64,000 nt of DNA from assembly GCA_964016885.1 (NCBI GenBank), contig OZ024741.1, forward strand, positions 194,680,001 through 194,744,000, read 5' to 3'. The notes beneath the pieces were generated by a model. The model was not told the origin of the DNA. It did no database searches and was given only the letters and a program-made list of their open reading frames with translations. Of this stretch, positions 12,210 through 24,727 are shown piece by piece. Positions within the stretch are counted from its first letter, which is position 1, and every line of letters starts with the position of its first letter. Position numbers and translations under genes: made by a program. Source of the DNA: Eledone cirrhosa (lineage: Eukaryota).

Positions 12210-12740
12210 TGGCCATAAAACTTAAATTCTATATGACACACTTCACTGGGTGCTGTAAATAAACTCTACAAGGCAAGAACTCACTGTTGTAAGGAGGAGC
12301 CTCTATGCAGCTGGTTTCCCGTCACAGGTGGATCTGGCTGGCCTCCACTGTGGCGATGGCAAGCGCCCGACAGTTTAACTCTCTTCCCTTTTGAGGGAGA
12401 AAAATCCCTAATTTGGGACGCGACGTGCTGCAACTCCTCCGTCTTTAGCCATGTCGCTTTGGCCACAAACCTGGGCCACGCTGCTCACAATGCAGAGTAA
12501 AAGATAGTTAAATATCAGGGTCTAACTGACCACTTCCTCTTTCTACCGACCTTCGTCGAGACCTCTGGTGTTCTTGGTCCCTGCACTGCTGATTTCCTCT
12601 ATAAAACCTAAAAGACAGCGGCCCGCTTGAAGAGGCAGTTTCTGACCATTCTCCGTGGTAATGCCTTTGCCATTTTGTCTTCGGGGTGAAGCTAAAGCAC
12701 TTCTCAGACTGGGGTGTAGTGTCTGTCCACCCATTCCCTT
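12210..12740 (+). mobile_element. CRE-like non-LTR retrotransposon 3' fragment (restriction-like endonuclease domain)
   Basis: Manual translation gives DGKRPDSLTLFPF-GEKSLIWDATC...AAHNAE*K-VKYQGL...FLPTFVETSGVLG, a PD-(D/E)xK RLE signature typical of the CRE clade. Confidence 0.7.
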
Positions 12741-13220
12741 TCTTTCATTATTTGATTCTTTTTTCTTTTTCTTCTGTCCATTTCCCGTTTTTTGTTCTCT
12801 TTAGTAGAGTGTTTTGTTTTTGATTCAACAATTTTGTGAAATAAAGTAACTTATAACGATAAAAAAAGCAGCTTGTTTACAAGTTGAATGTGATTTTTGT
12901 CATTTAGGTACGTCTAGATGACTAATGCAAGGGAGGTAATTCTAAAATCACTATCTCAACCTATTGTAGATATGAATTCGAATTTGTAAGCGATTTTTTT
13001 TGATTTTTTTAAATATCTGGAGTTTGATGTCTACACCTATAAATACAACACCGCTCATCATATATTTGGGTCCCGAAGAGTTATCTACACACATATAATA
13101 TAACCCCCCACATGTATATAATTACATATATGTATGTAAAAGGTAAACAGAAATAACACAAACGGTACAGTATATGGAAAGGAATATATTAGTTTAACGC
13201 TTGAAATAGCAGGAAGAGGG

Positions 13221-13256
13221 TCTTAACGTTTCAGGCGCTAGTCCTTCATCAGAAGA
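13221..13256 (-). ncRNA. Minimal type-I hammerhead ribozyme motif (Penelope pLTR-type repeat, ~13195-13360)
   Basis: Minus strand reads TCTT-CTGATGA-AGGACTAGCGCCT-GAA-ACGT-T-AAGA; stem I TCTT/AAGA, palindromic stem III ACGT. The flanking ~165 bp recurs at ~51899-52060. Confidence 0.75.
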
Positions 13257-13491
13257 AAGAATGAGAAATTAGAAAGATTGAAATGATGGGCATAGCGGAA
13301 TCGGAAAACATTTTTTAAGAGAAAAATAACAGGTCCATTCAAGTTGCCATCTCATGGAAATATATATATATAAAAACTGGAACGGTTGATTCCGATGAGT
13401 CCCACGAGGATGAAGCAATTGTAAAGTAAATTATGATATAAATAACAGTGTTTGGTAACATATTTTAATGGATATATATACTGCCGTGATG

Positions 13492-13900
13492 CTAAACTTC
13501 GCCAGTTGCATACTGCGCATCAACATGAGATATTTTTCTCCACAAAGTTCGATCACCAACAGCCGAGTGTAAAGAGCAAAGATCAAGTCCAGTCCATAGG
13601 TTGACATTATCAAGCCATCGTTTTGGCTGCCGGCCTCTGCTTCTCTTACCAGCCAACCTTCCTTCCGGGCATAACCTATTCACACCACGAGTTGATCTTT
13701 TTATATGACAGTATAGTTTAAGTATTCTTGACTTGACAATTGATGTAATTGGTCTAAGTTTTGTAATGTTGAGCAGCTCACTGATACAGATGCAGTCGCT
13801 GAGGCGCTTGCTAGTCATAAGTCTCATGATGTGGTTCTGGAATGTAGAGAGCTTCTGAAGTGACCTTGTCATCCAATTAACACAGTCAAGACCATATAAT
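13492..13900 (-). mobile_element. RTE-type LINE C-terminal fragment (different family)
   Basis: LYGLDCVNW...[11 protein letters not shown]...[16 protein letters not shown]. Confidence 0.8.
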
Positions 13901-13909
13901 GTATGTCTA

Positions 13910-15377
<1,468 letters not shown>

Positions 15378-15382
15378 TATGT

Positions 15383-15416
<34 letters not shown>

Positions 15417-15436
15417 GTATGTATATATATGTATAT

Positions 15437-15467
<31 letters not shown>

Positions 15468-15562
15468 TATATGTATATATATATGTATATATATACGTTA
15501 TTCCGGGTTGAATCGGAGGTAACCACAGTAAGTAAGGTACTCAATACATAGCAGAGTATAAC

Positions 15563-15657
15563 AGTTTTAATATAGATGAGATTCTACAGGACTAGAACTG
15601 TTGATTTCTAATGAATGAAACAGTTCTAGTCCTGTAGAATCTCATCTATATTAAAAC

Positions 15658-15658
<1 letters not shown>
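15563..15658. repeat. Perfect 40-bp inverted repeat with a 16-nt spacer
   Basis: AGTTTTAATATAGATGAGATTCTACAGGACTAGAACTGTT (15563-15602) and its exact reverse complement (15619-15658). Confidence 0.95.
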
Positions 15659-15736
<78 letters not shown>

Positions 15737-15741
15737 ATATG

Positions 15742-17169
15742 CAGTGGTGTAGCTAGGGTGTAGCAAGCAGGGGGGTGCAATTTCGACCTAGATCGATTTA
15801 CATCCATGTTGTTTTTATCATTTTAAAAAATATAAGCCAAAAAAGAAGCATGTGATTTCTTGATAGCCGACTTCCACGCCATGTCTAGTGCACTAGACAG
15901 AGCAGATGTCTGATTTGACTTCACAAAAATGCCCCCCCCCCCACCCCTCCCTCCACACTGACAACAGGGTGGGTTGCAATTATGCGGGCACTATTTTTAG
16001 CTATACATTGCAAAACAGCGGATACCTCACTTGACCTCACAAAACCGCCACCGCCCCCACACTGCCTGAAGGGACGTAGTTTTGGACGTGCAACTGGTGG
16101 ACACGCAGGCGCTATTTTTAGCAATGCATTGCAATGACCAATACAAGAAAATTTTAATTATGAAGCTGGTTTACAAAACAGAGTAGTTTGTCTTTTACAA
16201 CTGGTACATAAGACGTATAGAAAAGATATCATAATCCAAATGGCCAGATAGGATCGGATAGTTTCTATTAGGAATTCAATTTGACTCCAGGTTAGATGGT
16301 TCAATGTTTTCTTCTATAATACAGTTCATCAGAATTTACTAAATCGTATCCAAAAAGCAAGATACTATGGTCTGCTGATTGATTCGACCCCTGATCAGGC
16401 GCACCGAGAACAACTGTAAAAAGTTGTGCGATATGTCGATGTTGATTTCAATATGAAGACAGTCGTTTTGAGGGAATCTTTTCTTGGATTCATTCAAGTA
16501 ATCAAAAAAGATGCCGCAAGCCTTGTTGAAACAATCGTGAAAGAGCTAGAAAAATATGACCTACCACTGCAAAACTGTCGATTGCAGTGCTACGACAATG
16601 CTGCCATAATGGCTGAGCACCGCAGTGGGGTTCAGCAGAGAATGAGAGAGAAGAAGAATTTGATTCACTTCGTTAACTGCGATAACCATTCACTTAATCT
16701 GGCTGGTCTTCATGCAGCCAAAAACGATTCTGCCATGATGAACTTTTTCAGTTGCATTGACTCGTTATACAACTTTTTTTCTCGTTCAACACGACGATGG
16801 GAAGCCCTTAAAGAAGTTGCTCCAGTGGTTGTTAAATATCCTTCCGACACGCGGTGGAGTGCTAGATGTACCGCAGTCAGACCGGTGGCGGATTATTTGA
16901 CGCTGATTGTTCAAGTTCTCGAAAAAATTAGTGATGTTGAAACAGAGACATGCGAGAGTAGAAGTGATGCCAGTAATCTCCATAATCAGATACTGAGTTA
17001 TGAATTCCTGAACTTGATTGGATTCTGGAACACGATTCTCTCACGAATTGACCGGGTTCAAAAGAGACTTCAAGATCCAAGAATGAATTTTCCCGATGCT
17101 GCAGCTGATATAGGAGCCCTTCAATTTTGATGCTTGCCCTGGGCGCCGTTTACCCTAGCTACGCCACTG
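15742..17169 (+). mobile_element. Internally deleted hAT (Tip100/ZMYM1-like) DNA transposon
   Basis: 18-bp TIRs CAGTGG[T/C]GTAGCTAGGGT; 8-bp flanks TGTATATG / TATATATG; transposase core DSTPDQAHREQL, QCYDNAA, CDNHSLNL, DTRWS (ORF 16426-17130). Confidence 0.9.
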
Positions 17170-17233
17170 TATATATGTATATGTATATATGTATATATAT
17201 ATGTATGTATATATATATATGTATGTATATATA

Positions 17234-17306
<73 letters not shown>

Positions 17307-17307
17307 A

Positions 17308-17338
<31 letters not shown>

Positions 17339-17384
17339 ATTTATTTTGCAAGGTTTTTGATATGAAATCGTGTGTTGAAACAAA

Positions 17385-19157
17385 TATTGTTATACTTGGG
17401 GAGGGTCATATTGTTGTAATAATATTGCCAGAAATAATAACAGAACACACTCACTGTTTGGTTGGTTTTCGCTTCTGTATCTTTTATATCTCCATAGTTA
17501 ATTTATTTGGCAATCAATGTTTATCATTATAACAAAAGACTCAGTTGTGTGTATAAAGTTTAATTAACAAGTTGAAGTTATGTAGAATAGAATGGCGAAT
17601 GGCCAGGCTAGTTAGAAGAGAGTGAGATAGCCCTGAGTATCCCTTTTATAGGGTCCCAGGACGGAAGTGACAAAAAGGGTTCTGCCACCCTAACGGGAAG
17701 TAACTCCAGCTTCCTCCTGTCTAAAGAGTGGTGATGTAATTGTCATAACAAGGGAGGCAACTCTTGTTACATTATCCCCCGCCAGATTTTTAAAATATAA
17801 AAATCGAATGAACCATGTATGGAGTAAGATGCCGAGCATGTAATACCAAAGTCCAGGCATGAAAATTACGAAAAAAATAATGTTTGCAATAAAAGGAAAA
17901 CAGCAAAATATATGCAAAAATCAATGATAGATATCAAGGTAGTCAACCGCTCTTGGCCAGAGAACGACTGGACATCTATCTATCCATCACTCAAAGATAC
18001 AATGTAATCAAAGTAAAAGAAGAGGTCAAAGTTCAAATGTTCAAAATACAGTTCACAGGTGTGCAATCACATGACAGTAGGAAAGAAAGTGTGTCCTCCA
18101 GAGAATGTATGCAGGTGGTCTCTAGACTGTGGTACAACGTGAAATCGGTGGGATTTTCTCACAGGAAGAGTGCTGCAAAAATAAATTCTCTGTTTTGTTC
18201 TGCTGGTTTTGGTTGTTGATGTTGTTGTCTCGCGGAGTGAGCGTATTCGATGTTGTTTAAATTCACAGTGAAATCTTTCCCAGAAGAAATGAGTTGCGCA
18301 AAGTGCTAGAAATAACAGCCAAAGTTGATGGTCGATGTTGAGAATGCGTTGACCTGGAAGGGTCAAGAGGCCAGCGACCAACTGGGTTGTATGAATATAG
18401 CAGGAGACTCAGTTGTGTGTATAAAGTTTAATTAACAAGTTGAAGTTATGTAGAATAGAATTGTTGACATGTCCGTGGGTAGATGAAAGAATGAAGTAAA
18501 GTTATTTGTTACCGTTTTGAAGTGAGCTCGCAAGAGACCATGTTAGGGTTGTCAGAGAGTAGAGCCTCGGCGAACGCGCCTGGCCGAAGGGCCAGGCTAG
18601 TTAGAAGAGAGTGAGATTGCCCTGAGTATCCTTTTTATAGGGTCCCAGGACGGAAGTGAACGAAAGGGTTCTGCCACCCCAACGGGAAGTAACTCCAGCT
18701 ACTTCCTGTCTAGAGAGCGGTGATGTGATTGTCATAACAAGGGAGGCAACTCTTACTACATCATTGATTGACCAACAGTTAAAAAATACAGATATAAATA
18801 TATATATATAGTCTATCAAAGTTAGTTTTATTTTATTTTATAAAATAAAAATGGTGTAGACATTACAATTATAAAATAAAAATGGCGTAGACATTGCAAT
18901 ACAATAGGAGGGAACATAATAATAGTACCACTGATAATGTTGCAGATGTGCAACGAAAGAACTTCATTAGACTATATATATATATATTTATATCTGTATT
19001 TTTTAACCATTGGTCAATCAATGATAAACATTGATTGCCAAATAAATTAACTACGGAGATATAAAAGATACAGAAACGAAAACCAACCAAACAGTGAGTG
19101 TGTTCTGTTATTTCTGGCAATATTATTACAACAATATGACCCTCCCCAAGTATATCA

Positions 19158-19160
<3 letters not shown>
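17385..19160. mobile_element. Foldback/MITE-like element with ~190-bp inverted arms, left arm split by an LTR element
   Basis: 17391-17527 plus 18765-~18813 is the reverse complement of ~18969-19154; TA runs on both flanks; related sequence at 52980-53260. Confidence 0.8.
17528..18760 (-). mobile_element. Small non-autonomous LTR retroelement (TRIM-like, 1233 bp)
   Basis: Direct repeats 18396-18760 (5' LTR) and 17528-17771 (3' LTR, internally deleted); TGTA...TATA termini; PPT GGCGGGGGATAA abutting the 3' LTR; 4-bp TSD TCAT (17524-17527, 18761-18764); ~610-bp interior with no recognisable pol. Confidence 0.88.
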
Positions 19161-19188
<28 letters not shown>

Positions 19189-20134
19189 TACATACACACT
19201 TCTCCTTGTCCTCCTCTTTCAATCTTTCCTATATTTCATCTGTCTGTCACCCACCTTATGGATTGTCTCTCTTTGAAGCTCTCTTGTTTATTGAAATTGA
19301 ATTTTCATCGGTTACACCGAAAGCGGTAGAACTATATGGACTTTGCTCATTTTCCACCATTGTCATATATGGTTACCTTGGTTACCTTGTATACAGTAGC
19401 ATTAGATTCAATGTTACTCATCTCATAAAAGGTAGGCTGCAATAAAAGATGATCATGCTGTCCAGTGCATTGCAGCATCCCTTGGCAAGATGCCCTGGAA
19501 ACTGGCAGCACAGCATAGCAACCTATTGTAGGTACTATTTGCCCATAAGCTGGGGTAGCAATTGGTATGAAGCCAGGGCAAATCCACACAATGGGCCATG
19601 CACCAGATACCTTCTGTGGGGTCCCTACTCCTCTTTAGTCAGAGCCTCATTAGTTGTATTATCCTCATGACAAGTATGCTCTAAATACGTACCCAGACAC
19701 CAAGCCAGGTACTTCTACATCTGTACAGTGGACACATATATGCATGCAAGGATATACATACATACATACATATATGAAAAAAAAAATTCAAAGTTGAAAG
19801 ATATGAAGAAAGATAAAATATAAAGAGATGATCGTTAGAAGATAAAATATGGGAAATTTATAGGTTAAAAAAATGTTAAAAGATAAAAAGATATATAGAT
19901 AGAAGACACACACATGCACGTTCTATTTGGATGGCTGTTGACTCTGCTGAGTTCTTCCGTCCTTTGCCAGGTCTTGTATTTCATCCCACAGGGTGTATCA
20001 CTCTCCTCACCAACCAAGCTTGGTGGGGTTGTTAGTTTAGTTGCTGATGACCTGACCATGCAACAGGTTGTTATCAGTAGCACTCTAGAGCAACCTGACC
20101 TGATATATAGATATGAATAAATATATATAAATAG

Positions 20135-20169
<35 letters not shown>

Positions 20170-20172
<3 letters not shown>

Positions 20173-20649
20173 AGGGTTGACGGACCCAGCATATTTATCA
20201 ATGCCAGTACCGGTTGTATCTCAGCGCACTCAATGGGCAATGTAAGATACATTACCAGAGTATACACATAGTTATTTGCCTCAACACAACACACGTAAAA
20301 CGGGTGCCTATAAGGTTCCCGGACTCGAGTTTCTGCAGCACTAATGCAGCAGTAAGGTGCACTGCACCATCTGTCTGCATATATTACGCAACAATGCACA
20401 ATCGGCTTATGCGGCTTCATCAGCGGGTCTCGCCTAATCAATAACCAATCGATCAACATAATCCAAACACCGGCCCGTGCCGGTCATGACTGTTTGTGAC
20501 AACCGACACGGTAAAGCTATTAGCAACTGGCACTCGATAGGACTCTATCTCTCAACTAGCCACTGATTTACAAATTTTACGTGGGGACGGGAAGCTAAAA
20601 AGAATCAATCTATTAGTTCCTGTCAGAAGCTCTCAGCCAACGTGTCTCA
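20170..20649. mobile_element. Possible solo LTR
   Basis: Discrete CpG-containing ~480-bp block beside a TA run, ending in TCTCACA; no TSD resolved. Confidence 0.35.
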
Positions 20650-20849
20650 CACAAATTATCAAGGGGTGAAAAGATGGCTATTAGAAATAGCAGTTCACAT
20701 TGATATAAAATAGAATGGTAGCATTCGGTTCATGTCTCCAAGCCCCATGGCTAGAGGAAAGCGATGGTAACAATGGTAGTGCCAAGAACCTTGTTGAATA
20801 TATATATATATATACATATACATGCATATGAACATATACACACACATAA

Positions 20850-20889
<40 letters not shown>

Positions 20890-22269
20890 TTAACTGTATA
20901 ATAAATGATTGTTTGCTGTTCGTACATTGTTAGAGTTGTGAGATGAAGTTGTTAAATTAGTTGTGTGTTGGTTGAGTCTATGGCAAATAAGTAAAGTTTA
21001 TCTCAGTGAGTTGAGAGAATTATTGCTGTGAAATCTTGTCATGGTTGAGGAAACCAGTAGTTGTAGTGTCTTGTGGTGATGTGATACTGCCATGGGAAAG
21101 ACAATTTTCCCTAATCACATTGATATAAATTTACAAATGAACAAGGCACTGCTAATTTTTATATATTTTTATTGGTTGCATGGTTTACTTCAAAATGTAC
21201 AATAATAATGAACTACAGAAAAAGGTATATGTATAATTGAAATATGTTGATTATGTATGTGAATGTAGAATCTCAAAGTAGGGAATTTACTAACCTGTTG
21301 TGTTGATGTTGGTAGCCAGCTCTACAGACGCCGAGCCAGCCGACCTGGCTTGCGAGTGTCTGTATCTGTGTGTGGCTACATAATGAACTGTGTGAAACTG
21401 AAAAAGCTAAGAAACAGACTACATATTGGGGTCAAAATCTCTTGTATTTATGATGATTGGGTGTCGAGAAAACATTAAATACACGGCTCTTGATAATTCC
21501 TTTTAAACAAATGCAGTTAATCTCAATGGCAACATTGTTAGCTCAAACAAAGGAATTGGTATCTCTTTAGTTTGATTGAGGTTAAAAGTCAATGTGTGTT
21601 AATAATATGACCACTTGAAAACATGGGAACAATCTCAGTTTCGCTACATTAGTTCCTGACGCAGGGATATGGTGTACCAATTCTAAACTTGATGCACAAC
21701 CTGTGTGTGTGTGTGTGTTTGTATGTGTGCATATACACATATACACACACACACACATGAACATGGTATATATTCCTGTTTCCCAAGAAAGCTGTAGCAA
21801 GCAAGTTTGTTAAATTCAACAAAGTGAATAATAGCAATTTCAGTTACCTACAAGGGAGATGTGAATTCTGCAAACCATAGAAAAGGCAATCATCTAAAAA
21901 AAACTGATACAGTGTTGAATAAAAACTTTAAACCTGTCAAGAATGACAGCTCCTCAAATGTGGGCAGCTCTAAAGTGGTTTGTGTTAAGGAGGGCATCCA
22001 ACTGTAAAGCTTCATTTAAATCAATGAAAAATGGTTATTGGATATACAGCGCTTACACTAAACATGTTAATGCAATGGTTAGGAGGGAACATCAAGTCAT
22101 GTGTGAAAATACATAGACCATCATCAAATGGTTGCACCATTTGTCTTTCAGATGCAGAAAATAAACATCAAAGAATCAAAAACACCATCAGAACTTCTTG
22201 TCTTGCCAAGTGTGGAACTTCAGAGCTGCTACCATCAACTTTAGCACAGTGAAAAGTAGGTATGAAAAG

Positions 22270-22600
22270 ACTGTAAAGATGCTAAAGCAGAGGTGTGCTG
22301 TGTGTATGTGGTAAAGATGAAATGGAGCTTAAGCCAAACTGCTCATGGGCAAGGAACACATTCTGGATAAGAGTGCTGGAATTGTTGGAGTAAGCATATT
22401 ATTGGCAGAGAAATAGATAAAGTAAGTGAGGTAATCAGAGTAAGTGAATAAATAAAGCCTAGACTAATCCTAGTCAACGTGACATCAGCACTGAGTTCTG
22501 CATATGCCTCACAATAAGGTCTAATAGAGGAGTAAAGTGATTATTTCTATCATGTCCTCTTGCATACCACTTTGATAACAAATGTCAGTGATCTCTTTAT
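22270..22600 (+). mobile_element. Decayed RTE apurinic-endonuclease region fragment
   Basis: GIVGVSI-LAEK..V.EVIRVS...SAYA remnants. Confidence 0.5.
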
Positions 22601-23239
22601 CAAAATGATCATGAAATCAAATTTATTATACATATCTGAGTTGACTTTGACTTCAGGTCTCACTCTTGTGGCTTATTCAAACAGTACCCATCTCTATCAA
22701 TATAGATATGTTTTTGCAGGTGTATGTGTGTGTACATACATATACACACCCACACAATCATCTATATATATGTGTGTTTGTATATATATATATAAATGAT
22801 TATGTGGATGTGGACTCAACTCCCCTCTCCAATTTCTTTAATCTTATACACATACTCTCGGTCTTACTTCTCTACCTCATCCATTGTCACATACACACAT
22901 ACATTCACCCCCTAGGTTCCTATGGCTTTGTTATGATCCAAAACATACACTCTTACAGCTTATACAGACCAATAAAAAACGTACACACACCTCTATACTT
23001 ACTTTCACATCTCTGTTCACATACCCTTATATACACATATTTGCTCACAGCTTCGTACTGACAGACACACACATATATAAATATATATATATAATAATTA
23101 GGGAACAAAGAATCAATATTGCATCAAATACATATTTAATTACATATTATATATGTTTCACTGCTGATCAGCTTGAGGAACGATCAATTATGTTTGTTCT
23201 TGACTTTGGAATCAAAAGCTCCTCAGGTATGTGTTCTCA

Positions 23240-24110
23240 CATGTAGACTCATGTCCAAAGTTTTGGGCTCTATTTTCCTTTGTCAAGTTGACTTTAAGAC
23301 CTTTTGATTCTAGGTGATGCTTCCAGGTTTGGAATTTCTCCTCAGTCTCTACCATAGATTCAGCTACAATGGTTAGATCATCTGCATACAGAAGTTCCCA
23401 TGGGCCACCAGCCTTAAACTCTTCTGTTCTAGCCATAGCCTGCAGGACGATGATAAACAGGAGAGCCCTTATGGACTCCTAACTGCACGCTAAATTCTTC
23501 ACTATAGTCATTGTTAATTCTAACCTTCCTGACGTTTCTTCTATACATGGCTTGTACTGCCCTCACATGCCACTCATCTACTCCTAGTTTTCTAAGAGCC
23601 CACCAGATAAGGAATAGGAAAGTCTGTCAAAAGCTTTCTCCAGGTCAACAAATGTCAAGTAGAGGGGCTTACTTTTAGCTAGGTACTACTGTAGTTGCCT
23701 TATAAGGAAGCGGAGATCAGTGATACTTTTACTTGGCACAAATTCAAGCTGCATGTCATCTAGGTCACCTCAGTCCCTAATCATGACCTGGTGCATGAAC
23801 TTGATGCTTTTCTCCTTGTATTCTGGTAGTGTTCTGTACTTACCCCATTCTGCTATTTTTTCCATGTCTGCTTCTTGGTCTTAACTGTCTGATCCACCCT
23901 ACTATTCCACCACAAAGTCACTTTCCTTCTCCCTAGAGACTTGCTCCAGCCACAGATTTTGTTTATCACCTAATTTGTCTAGCCCTAATTATAAGGTCGC
24001 TAACTACTAGGTTATGTTGGGAGGTGCATTCCTCACTAGGGAGGGACTTTGTGTTTACAACCGTCACTCTATTTCATCTTCTGGTAAGTCCTCTACACAC
24101 AATGCCCAGG
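23240..24110 (-). mobile_element. Decayed RTE LINE fragments
   Basis: ELLYADDL and FVDLEKAFD motifs on the minus strand. Confidence 0.85.
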
Positions 24111-24727
24111 TCTCATTACCATGCATATACACACATATATAATCTACCCTTCATTTTGAGGAAAAAAACAACCATTTTCAGAGACTGGTGTTAGGTGGTG
24201 GTGTTTGTCATGGGTTAAGTTGATAAATGGAAAATAAAACAAAAAACAAAAAATAAACCCTGAACATATGAAATTTTCATAATGATATTTATGTACATAT
24301 ATAAACTTAGCAATATCCATAATTGAGCACTCACACACTTTTAATATATATATATATATATATAAAGTATAGTTGTTAGAAGTAATAATACACTATTTAT
24401 CACTTGTTTATAATTTGAATCTAGTGCTTTCATTTTTCAGAAGACGAAAATACTGGATTAAAATTATGTTTTATTATTATATTATTTTAACCCAAGTGAT
24501 AAACAATGTCTTATTACTTCTGACAATTAAACTTTAATAATATATTATCCTGTATACTATCAAAGGCATTCTTTATAAATATATATATATATCCATAATT
24601 GAGAGTGCACACACACACAATTTCATTGCATTTGTGATGAGCAGTATTGTCCTGAATGGCATAAGAGTTACATACTTTTATTAAGATAATTTTTTTTTAA
24701 GAAGGAAATATTATAGGACATTCTTTT

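Noticed and set aside
16426-17130. Host ZMYM1-like gene
   Set aside because: It lies between hAT TIRs with a TSD, has an upstream in-frame stop and is truncated, so it is a transposase remnant.
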